64,000 nucleotides of DNA, taken from contig CALCBR010000043.1 of NCBI GenBank assembly GCA_937897105.1, positions 6,021 to 70,020 on the forward strand, in the 5' to 3' direction. This DNA is from an uncultured Acidimicrobiaceae bacterium (GTDB taxonomy: Bacteria > Actinomycetota > Acidimicrobiia > Acidimicrobiales > Ilumatobacteraceae). The position numbers and the translations under genes are program-made. Under the pieces are notes generated by a model that made no database searches, was not told the origin of the DNA, and was given only the letters and a program-made list of their open reading frames with translations. Positions within the stretch are counted from its first letter, which is position 1, and each line of letters begins with the position of its first letter. This document shows, one piece after another, positions 22,210 to 29,096 of the stretch.

Positions 22210-22256
22210 TCTTCTTTCGATCGCGTTCTGAACCCCAATAGGTTCAGCGCGCCCTG

Positions 22257-23402
22257 TCAGAGTCCGAGCGATTTCGAGATGATGGTCTTCATGATCTCGT
22301 TCGTGCCACCGTAAATTGAGGTCACTCGCGCGTCGGCGTAATTACGGGCGATCGGGTACTCAAGGGTGTAGCCGTATCCCCCGAACAGTTGCAGACAGCG
22401 ATGCGCTGCATCGTGCTGCAAGTCGGTGCACCAGTACTTGGCCTGAGCCGCCTCGGTCGGGGTGAGTTCGCCGGCGATGAGTTTCATCACCGACTGGTCG
22501 ACATATGCCTGGGCAACTTCAATTGCTGTCTTCACCTCTGCGAGCACAAACTTCGTGTTTTGAAATTCGCCGAGTGATTTTCCGAATGCTGTGCGTTCTT
22601 TCACGTACTCAACCGTTGAGTTCAGCGCTGCTTGCGCAGACGCCACGCCTGTGATTGCAATCGAAAGCCGTTCCTGAGCAAGGTTTGATGAGAGATACCG
22701 GAACGCCTCGCCCTCTTCGCCCATTCGGTTTGCGACCGGAATGCGAACATCATCGAAGAACAGCTCAGCGGTGTCCTGAGAATGGTTTCCGATCTTTTCG
22801 AGATTCCGTCCACGATCGAAACCTTCCATACCGCGCTCGGCTACGAGCAATGTCATTCCCGAATGACGAGCAGTCGGGTCAGTCTTCGCGACAACGATGA
22901 CGAGGTCTGAGTTAATTCCGTTCGTGATGAACGTTTTCGAACCGTTCACGACATACACATCGCCATCTCGTACTGCGGTCGTTCCGACACTCGCAAGGTC
23001 TGAGCCTGTGCCGGGCTCGGTCATCGCAATTGCGGTAATCAAATCACCCGATGCGATTCCTGGAAGCCAGCGCTGACGCTGCTCGTCGTTTGCAAGCTCG
23101 AGGTAATACGGAATGGTGATGTCGTTGTGAAGGGTGATGCCCAACCCGGCTCCGCCGATGCCTGCATAGGCAAATTCCTCGGCAACGATCTGGTTGAAAC
23201 GGAAGTCGTCTGATCCTCCGCCTCCAAATTCTTCTGGGATTTGCATGCCAAGGAACCCGTTTGACCCGGCAGAGGTGAAGATCTCTCGGGGTGCAATGCC
23301 GGCCTCCTCCCACAGCATGTAGTCAGGGGCGATCTCTTTCGCCACCCATGAGGCAAACGAGCGTCGGAACTCGTCGTGAACATCGTCAAAGATTGCGCGC
23401 AT
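22257..23402 (-). CDS. Acyl-CoA dehydrogenase
   Basis: 381 aa with ACAD N, middle and C domain signatures, and a C-terminal IYGGTNEI motif. Confidence 0.9.
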   Translation of the reverse strand: MRAIFDDVHDEFRRSFASWVAKEIAPDYMLWEEAGIAPREIFTSAGSNGFLGMQIPEEFGGGGSDDFRFNQIVAEEFAYAGIGGAGLGITLHNDITIPYYLELANDEQRQRWLPGIASGDLITAIAMTEPGTGSDLASVGTTAVRDGDVYVVNGSKTFITNGINSDLVIVVAKTDPTARHSGMTLLVAERGMEGFDRGRNLEKIGNHSQDTAELFFDDVRIPVANRMGEEGEAFRYLSSNLAQERLSIAITGVASAQAALNSTVEYVKERTAFGKSLGEFQNTKFVLAEVKTAIEVAQAYVDQSVMKLIAGELTPTEAAQAKYWCTDLQHDAAHRCLQLFGGYGYTLEYPIARNYADARVTSIYGGTNEIMKTIISKSLGL

Positions 23403-23477
23403 GCCCCCAGACTACGAAGTACGACCCACTGAGGGAAAGTCGTTCGGAATGCGACCCGCATCACGCATACTGGAGGG

Positions 23478-25154
23478 GTGACGAACGGCGCAGGCGAACC
23501 TCTAGACGACTTTGTTCGAGAACTCGTCCGAGACGATCTTGCCAACGACCGGTTCGGGGGGCGACTCCAAACACGCTTCCCTCCAGAGCCAAACGGCTAT
23601 CTCCATATCGGACACGCAAAAGCCATCACCCTCGATTTCGAATTGGCCAACGAATTTGACGGGATCTGCAACCTTCGGTTCGACGACACAAACCCCGATA
23701 CCGAAGACACGACATTCGTCGACGGAATTCTTGAAGATCTCGAGTGGCTTGGGTACCAACCACATGGTGCGCCGCTCTACGCGAGCGACTACTTCGAACA
23801 ACTCTATGAATGGGCCGAGCACCTCATTTCAGAGGGTTTGGCCTATGTCGATGATCAGGACGCAGAAACGATTTCAGATCAACGGGGTGGCTTCGGCCAG
23901 CCCGGCATCGAAAGCCCGTTTAGGACGCGTTCTGTTGATGAGAACCTCGACCTCTTTCGCAGAATGCGAGACGGCGAATTTGACGAAGGCGCTCGAGTCC
24001 TCAGGGCGAAGATCGATATGCAACACGAAAACATGCAGTTGCGCGACCCGGTGATGTATCGCATCCGCAACGAACCACACCATCGCACGGGCGACCGTTG
24101 GCATATCTATCCGACATACGACTGGGCACATGGACAAAGTGACGCAATTGAGGGTGTCACTCACTCTCTGTGCACTCTTGAGTTCGACAGCCACCGGCCG
24201 CTGTACGACTGGTATCTCTCAAAGTTGCCACTTCCGAGTGACACGCCGCGCCAGACAGAATTCGCCCGTCTCGAACTCACCCATACCGTCACTTCAAAAC
24301 GGCGCCTCGCCGCACTCGTTGAAGACGGCATTGTCGATGGGTGGGACGACCCTCGACTGCCCACTCTGCGTGGGCTTCGTCGACGGGGCTATCCGGCTGA
24401 GGCCATCAAGGAGTTCTGCTCGTACATCGGTGTGTCGCGGGCAAACAGCCGCCATCAGATTGAACTGCTCGAATCGTTTGTGCGGCAACATCTCAACGCA
24501 ACGGCTCAACGCAAGATGGCTGTTCTCAACCCGCTGCGTCTTGTCATTACCAACTGGCCGGAAGGTGAGGTTAACGAAGTCGAGGTTGTCAACAACCCTG
24601 AAAATCCTGACGACGGTACGCGTTTGGTTCCCTTCACCGGCGAGTTGTTTATCGAGCACGATGACTTCCGGGCTGACCCACCGCCAAAATATTTCAGGCT
24701 CACTCCAGGAAGAGAAGTGCGGCTTCGCGGAGCGTATTTCGTCACCTGCACCGGATTCGATGTTGATGACGCCGGCACTCCAACCACCGTCTACGCCACC
24801 TATGACCCTGAGACCCGCGGTGGCAATGCTCCTGATGGTCGCAAGGTGAAGTCAACGATGCACTGGGTGTCTGCAGAGCATGCAGTCTCAGGGTCGGCTG
24901 CGCTCTACGAACGCCTGTTTTCAGCTGAAGTCCCAGGAACAGAAACCGGTGACCCGATGGATGATCTCGATCCGAATTCAGTCACCACGCTCGACAACTG
25001 CATGTTTGAGCCATCGATGGCTGATCTCGCACCGGGTGAAGTCGTGCAGTTTGAGCGCCTTGGCTATTTCGCTCACGATCCCCGAACGCAACTGCTGTTT
25101 CACCGAACAGTTGGTTTGCGCGACGAGTGGGCTCGCATTCAGCAACGCGGCTGA
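23478..25154 (+). CDS. glnS: Glutaminyl-tRNA synthetase
   Basis: GTG start after GGAGGG. Near-collinear similarity to E. coli GlnRS: RFPPEPNGYLHIGHAK, LRFDDTNP, CTLEF, VTSKRR (KMSKS), GWDDPR, and an anticodon-binding C-terminus ending RTVGLRD. Confidence 0.92.
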   Translation: MTNGAGEPLDDFVRELVRDDLANDRFGGRLQTRFPPEPNGYLHIGHAKAITLDFELANEFDGICNLRFDDTNPDTEDTTFVDGILEDLEWLGYQPHGAPLYASDYFEQLYEWAEHLISEGLAYVDDQDAETISDQRGGFGQPGIESPFRTRSVDENLDLFRRMRDGEFDEGARVLRAKIDMQHENMQLRDPVMYRIRNEPHHRTGDRWHIYPTYDWAHGQSDAIEGVTHSLCTLEFDSHRPLYDWYLSKLPLPSDTPRQTEFARLELTHTVTSKRRLAALVEDGIVDGWDDPRLPTLRGLRRRGYPAEAIKEFCSYIGVSRANSRHQIELLESFVRQHLNATAQRKMAVLNPLRLVITNWPEGEVNEVEVVNNPENPDDGTRLVPFTGELFIEHDDFRADPPPKYFRLTPGREVRLRGAYFVTCTGFDVDDAGTPTTVYATYDPETRGGNAPDGRKVKSTMHWVSAEHAVSGSAALYERLFSAEVPGTETGDPMDDLDPNSVTTLDNCMFEPSMADLAPGEVVQFERLGYFAHDPRTQLLFHRTVGLRDEWARIQQRG

Positions 25155-25228
25155 CCAATGTCGCCAACGAGATATTGATGTTGGCGGGGTGCTCCACAAG
25201 GCTGTGGGCCCACCGCCAACCATGAGTC

Positions 25229-26662
25229 TTATGCCTCTATGTGCCCCCATGGGAAGGCACGCTCGAGTTGAGCGGCGAGGCTGATGAGGAGATCATCTCG
25301 TCCGTAATCCGCAACGAATTGCACGCCGACGGGAAGCCCGTTGCCAGCGACATGGAGCGGCAAACTGATTGCGGGCTGGCCGGTTGTGTTGAATGGCGGC
25401 GTAAACGGGATCCACTCTGCAGCCCTGCGCATCGGGTCCATTGGACGATCGGGATTGTTGTCGTGTTCACCAATTTTCGGTGGCGTTTCCCCCAAGGTCG
25501 GGGTGACAAGGATGTCAAAGCCATCTGCCCACCATTGCAGACATTCACGCCGATACGACGCAACTCCGGCAAGTGCGGTCGCATAATCGACTCCTGACAT
25601 ATTCTGCGCGAATTCCGCTTGCACCCAGTTCATGAGCTCCATGTCGTCAGCGGTGATTTCTCGATCCAGCATCTCAGAGAACGTCTTCACATTCATCGCA
25701 GCACCGACTGCCCACAGCGCCATGAATCGAGAGACCGTGTCGGGATCGGTGAGGATATGGGGGAACGAATACTCAACCGAATGCCCCAAGCTCTCCAACA
25801 TTCGGCCCGCAGACTCGGCCGCCTCAACGCAGTCATTGCTGACCGTTCCACCTCTCGGGTGATGCGCCAGAATTCCGATCCGCAGGGTGCCGGGGTCGCG
25901 CGCAAGTGCCTCGGTATATGTCATCGGCGAGGCCGGCGCAATCACAGAGTCGCCAATTCCCGGACCGGCGACGGCATCGAGCAGCCTGGCGGTGTCACGC
26001 ACCGAGTGAGAAACCGCAAGCTCCACACCGAGGCCTGTTTCTGCTCGGTGAGGCCCTGTCGAAATTCGCCCTTGCGATGTTTTTAACCCGACGAGACCCG
26101 CACACGCCGCTGGAATTCTGATCGACCCTCCCCCATCAGAGGCATGGGCCATCGGCACCATGCCCGATGCGACCGCAGCCGATGCCCCTCCTGACGATCC
26201 ACCTGGCGTGTGATCTGTGTTCCACGGGTTGCGAGTCGGCCCCCACGCAACTGGTTCGGTTACGGGGACGGTTCCCATCTCTGGGCTATTTGTGCGACCA
26301 CAGATGACCAAACCGGCGGCCTTGAATCGACTCACGATCGTGGTGTCGATCGTCGAGTGATAGTTCGCTTCCTTCAATGCCGCTGACCCATTCGACATCG
26401 GCATACCTTCCATATGGGCGTGAAGGTCTTTCAAGAGAAACGGAACACCCTTAAATGGCCCATCTGGAAGTGTCGGCGAACCAGCCATCTCCCGAGCGCT
26501 ATCGAACCATCGATAGGTCAGTGCGTTGAGATCGCCGTTGAGTGATTCCATTCGCTCAATCGCTGCATCGACAAGTTCAACGGGGGTGACATCTCCGTTG
26601 GCGACGAGTTCAGCTTGAGCGGTTGCATCCATCCACCGTGTCTGTGTTGCGAGATCTTTCAT
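25229..26662 (-). CDS. Amidase-signature family amidase
   Basis: GGSSGGASAAVASG amidase signature and an upstream KDL lysine; 477 aa. Stand-alone, with no gatC or gatB adjacent. Confidence 0.85.
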   Translation of the reverse strand: MKDLATQTRWMDATAQAELVANGDVTPVELVDAAIERMESLNGDLNALTYRWFDSAREMAGSPTLPDGPFKGVPFLLKDLHAHMEGMPMSNGSAALKEANYHSTIDTTIVSRFKAAGLVICGRTNSPEMGTVPVTEPVAWGPTRNPWNTDHTPGGSSGGASAAVASGMVPMAHASDGGGSIRIPAACAGLVGLKTSQGRISTGPHRAETGLGVELAVSHSVRDTARLLDAVAGPGIGDSVIAPASPMTYTEALARDPGTLRIGILAHHPRGGTVSNDCVEAAESAGRMLESLGHSVEYSFPHILTDPDTVSRFMALWAVGAAMNVKTFSEMLDREITADDMELMNWVQAEFAQNMSGVDYATALAGVASYRRECLQWWADGFDILVTPTLGETPPKIGEHDNNPDRPMDPMRRAAEWIPFTPPFNTTGQPAISLPLHVAGNGLPVGVQFVADYGRDDLLISLAAQLERAFPWGHIEA

Positions 26663-26712
26663 GTGAGTTGCCTATCACACTCGGGGAGGTGCCCGATGCA
26701 GTGAAGGAGACC

Positions 26713-26818
26713 CACCGAAAACCGCAACTGGGCCACCCTGAATGGGTGACCCAGAGAATCGTTCCGGTATCACCGACTTGGCAGCCCTTTCAGGATTCGG
26801 ACCTATGCCGCCACCTTG
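26713..26818 (-). repeat. Direct repeat, left copy: degenerate tRNA-Glu 3' half (26781-26818) plus a copy of its downstream hairpin region
   Basis: Aligns without gaps to 28135-28240 with 94 of 106 identical (hand count). Hairpin arms at 26728-26738 and 26744-26754 are identical to the right copy. The T-arm is degenerate (ATAGG/CCTGA). Confidence 0.85.
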
Positions 26819-26942
26819 TAATTCACGACGTGTTGCCGATGATTGCAACGTGTTCGCACGTTGTGGAAGGGTTGTCTATGGAGTTCGGGAGACTGACAGG
26901 CCTGTCACTTTCACGCAAAACGAAAAAAGGAAGTGAAGTCTG

Positions 26943-28100
26943 ATGGAGAACCGTCGAGGATGGTTCGACGATCCTTATGGCCGCTATCCGAGGCGGTATT
27001 TCAACGGGGAGGAATGGACTGATCAGGTCCAAGTTGCAACGGGTGAGGTTGTCACTGAAACATCGACTGCCGTCGAAACGGATCCACCTGCTGAGCCAAG
27101 CCCTGACACACCTTTCGAACCATTGTCTGTTGAGGATGAGAATCCGAAGGAAAAATCAAAAAGGAACTCCGTGGCTATCGCTATCGGAGTTCTTTTGACG
27201 CTCAGCGTCATTGGGGCGATTACCGAAGATGAGGAGGCATCAAACGAGTCCTCCTCGGAGAGTGCTCCAACCGAAGGCGTCGGTTCACAATCGTCCGCAT
27301 CCGAAGCTGAGCAAGACTCCGAAGGGCAGGAAGTAGTTCCATCGAATTCGGAGCCAGTTACCGAGACGACCGCATTGTCATCACAGACTGTTGAGACGAT
27401 CGTTTCAGACCAGAACGCGACTGCACCAGAATCTGCATCTGCCGCGTCAACAACCGTTGACGACATGGTTTCAGAAGACACGTTGCAGCCCGTGCCAACG
27501 ACAAACACGCCCGTCACAACAACTGCGGCAACGTCGTATTTATCGGGGGCGTTCGACATAGCGGCGAGCTACCTCCGCTATTCAAGTTTCTCAAGAGATG
27601 GACTTATCAACCAACTTGAATACGAGGGCTACACAACTGAGGAAGCCACGGCAGCAGTCGATGCTCAAGGAGCTGACTGGAATGCCCAAGCTGTTGGGTC
27701 TGCAGAGAGCTACCTCGGGTTCACCGCGTTCTCCCGACAATGGCTCATCGAGCAACTTGAATTTGACGGTTACACAAACTCTGAGGCGACCTTCGGAGTG
27801 GATGCTCAGAACGCTGACTGGAACGAGCAAGCATCACAGTCGGCGAAGGATCTGTTGAGTTTTGGCGGGTTCTCTCGACAAGGTTTGATCGATCAACTCG
27901 GATATGAGGGTTACACAAACTCTGAGGCGACCTTCGGTGCGGATGCTCAGAACGCTGACTGGAATGTCCAAGCATCCCGTGTTGCGCAGAGTTACCTCGA
28001 CTTTGCGGAGTTCACTCGACAAGAACTCATCAATCAACTCCTCTTCGACGATTTCTCACAAAGCGAGGCAGAATACGGCGTCAACGCCGTCGGACTCTGA
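26943..28100 (+). CDS. Ltp-like surface protein: DUF2510 N-terminus, one TM helix, acidic/Ser-Thr linker, four Ltp-type repeats
   Basis: GWFDDPYGRYPRRYFNGEEWTDQV (DUF2510-like). TM helix at aa 76-93. Four 47-aa repeats of the form SYLxFxxFSRxxLIxQLxYEGYTxxEATxxVDAxxADWNxQA. AAAGGAAG ribosome-binding site upstream. GC looks lower than the neighbours by eye. Confidence 0.8.
   Translation: MENRRGWFDDPYGRYPRRYFNGEEWTDQVQVATGEVVTETSTAVETDPPAEPSPDTPFEPLSVEDENPKEKSKRNSVAIAIGVLLTLSVIGAITEDEEASNESSSESAPTEGVGSQSSASEAEQDSEGQEVVPSNSEPVTETTALSSQTVETIVSDQNATAPESASAASTTVDDMVSEDTLQPVPTTNTPVTTTAATSYLSGAFDIAASYLRYSSFSRDGLINQLEYEGYTTEEATAAVDAQGADWNAQAVGSAESYLGFTAFSRQWLIEQLEFDGYTNSEATFGVDAQNADWNEQASQSAKDLLSFGGFSRQGLIDQLGYEGYTNSEATFGADAQNADWNVQASRVAQSYLDFAEFTRQELINQLLFDDFSQSEAEYGVNAVGL
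27549..28097 (+). repeat. Four in-frame tandem repeats of 141 bp (47 aa) inside the Ltp-like CDS
   Basis: The conserved Gly/Asp of the EGY/DDF motif falls at aa 229, 276, 323 and 370. 27768-27835 versus 27909-27976 are 63 of 68 identical. Confidence 0.85.
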
Positions 28101-28134
28101 ACGCAGTGAGACCATCGCCAGAAACATCGCCACG

Positions 28135-28240
28135 CACCGAAAACCGCCACTGGGCCACCCTGTTTGGGTGACCCAGAGAATCGTTCGGATATAACCGACT
28201 TGGCAGCCCGTACGGGATTCGAACCCGTGCCGCCACCTTG
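28135..28240 (-). repeat. Direct repeat, right copy: 3' half of the intact tRNA-Glu plus 66 bp downstream
   Basis: Partner of 26713-26818, offset 1422 bp. Confidence 0.85.
28150..28176 (-). terminator. Terminator-like hairpin downstream of tRNA-Glu
   Basis: On the minus strand, CUGGGUCACCC-AAACA-GGGUGGCCCAG forms an 11-bp stem with one G-U pair. It is followed by UGGCGGUUUUCGG, which has a short U-run. Confidence 0.55.
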
Positions 28241-28276
28241 AGAGGGTGGTGTCCTAGGCCACTAGACGAACGGGCC
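28201..28276 (-). tRNA. tRNA-Glu (anticodon CUC)
   Basis: Hand-folded cloverleaf: acceptor GGCCCGU/ACGGGCU, anticodon stem CCACC/GGUGG, loop CUCUCAA, T-loop UUCGAAU, encoded CCA; 76 nt. Confidence 0.9.
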
Positions 28277-28333
28277 AAGTAGCGGCGCAAACGCTATCAC
28301 CGGTGACGGACGACGACACCGCCCGTACATGCC

Positions 28334-28360
28334 GATGGCCGGTCGATGTGACCGGCCATC
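28334..28360 (-). other. Perfect 11-bp inverted repeat in the tRNA-Gln/tRNA-Glu spacer
   Basis: GATGGCCGGTC-gatgt-GACCGGCCATC begins 4 nt after the CCA end of tRNA-Gln. No U-tract follows. Confidence 0.6.
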
Positions 28361-28363
28361 GTG

Positions 28364-28438
28364 TGGTTGGGGTGCAGGGACTCGAACCCCGAATAGCAGA
28401 ACCAGAAACTGCCGTGTTGCCAATTACACCACACCCCA
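28364..28438 (-). tRNA. tRNA-Gln (anticodon CUG)
   Basis: Hand-folded: acceptor UGGGGUG/CACCCCA, D-stem GUGU/ACAC, anticodon loop UUCUGGU, T-loop UUCGAGU, encoded CCA; 75 nt. Position 31-39 is a U-U mismatch. Confidence 0.85.
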
Positions 28439-28484
28439 CTGGACACTCGGATTGTATCGCTCGCCTCGTTCCCACCAACCCTGC

Positions 28485-29096
28485 TTAACCTCGCCCACTG
28501 ATCTGCTCGAACCCAACGATTCTGCCCAGTGCGACTCCTGCGGTCTCAACGAGGTGGCGGCGCACAGAGGTCACTCCACCGACGACCGAGTTGCTCACAG
28601 GAGCAACACCAACGACATTGATGCCCGATCGCTGTGCGATGAGTGACGCGCGCTTGGCGTGATAGGGATCGGTCACGATGATGACAGAACCGATGTCGTG
28701 CCTCTCGACGAGGGAGGCCACCCCTTGGATGCTTTCCCACGTGGTTGTTCCCACATCTTCAAACAAGATGCTGTCGTCGGAAACTCCATTCTCAAGCGCG
28801 AAGCGTTTCGAGGTTTCCGCTTCGGTGAACCTGTCACCCTCCTGGCTGCCACCCGTCACGATAAACGTATCGACGGCGCCGTCAAGCCACAGGTCGATAG
28901 CCGTGATCAGTCGACCTTCCAACTGCGGTGATGGACGACCGTCATATTGTGCGGCTCCAAGAACAACGACGGCGTCGGCTTCAGCAGGGGGTGTCTGCCG
29001 CCCGGCGAGCACCACTTGAGCAAGAGTGATGAGTAGGTACAGCGTTGTGATCGCCAACAACCAGAGCGCTGAACGGCGCATCGTTCGACCGGTCAC
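28485..29096 (-). CDS. DUF218 (YdcF/SanA-like) domain membrane protein
   Basis: N-terminal TM helix, then VVVLGAAQYDGRPSPQLEGRL...IVTGG, typical of DUF218. 4-bp overlap with gltX. Confidence 0.7.
   Translation of the reverse strand: MTGRTMRRSALWLLAITTLYLLITLAQVVLAGRQTPPAEADAVVVLGAAQYDGRPSPQLEGRLITAIDLWLDGAVDTFIVTGGSQEGDRFTEAETSKRFALENGVSDDSILFEDVGTTTWESIQGVASLVERHDIGSVIIVTDPYHAKRASLIAQRSGINVVGVAPVSNSVVGGVTSVRRHLVETAGVALGRIVGFEQISGRG

Noticed and set aside
24130-24849. A 239-aa same-strand alternate-frame ORF inside glnS.
   Set aside because: It overlaps the highly conserved GlnRS reading frame, has low-complexity composition and no start context. A real overlapping gene is very unlikely.
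25162-25186. Hairpin CGCCAAC-(11 nt)-GTTGGCG between the convergent glnS and amidase genes, considered as a bidirectional terminator.
   Set aside because: It has only a 7-bp stem and an 11-nt loop, with no U-tract on either strand. That is too weak to call without folding energies or 3'-end data.
25229-26662. The amidase might be GatA of the GatCAB amidotransferase, given its position next to glnS and the tRNA-Gln/Glu genes.
   Set aside because: The amidase signature alone does not distinguish GatA. No gatC or gatB is adjacent, and the gene is convergent with glnS and separated from the tRNA genes by the insert. I treat it as a generic amidase.
26781-26875. Possible additional tRNA gene. The left repeat ends in ...AAGGGCTGCCA, and a complementary AACCCTT lies 95 nt upstream.
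   Set aside because: The candidate would be 95 nt long with no foldable D or anticodon arms, a T-stem with two non-Watson-Crick pairs, and an altered T-loop. It is better explained as a decayed partial copy of tRNA-Glu.
27549-28097. Tandem 141-bp repeats considered as a possible CRISPR-like or non-coding repeat array.
   Set aside because: The repeats are in frame within a CDS, are contiguous with no unique spacers, and encode a recognisable protein repeat. I saw no CRISPR array anywhere in the window.
26663-28240. An intact prophage or integrative mobile element at tRNA-Glu.
   Set aside because: There are no integrase, excisionase, repressor or structural genes. Only one CDS lies between the repeats. 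I report it as a remnant or scar, not as a mobile element.
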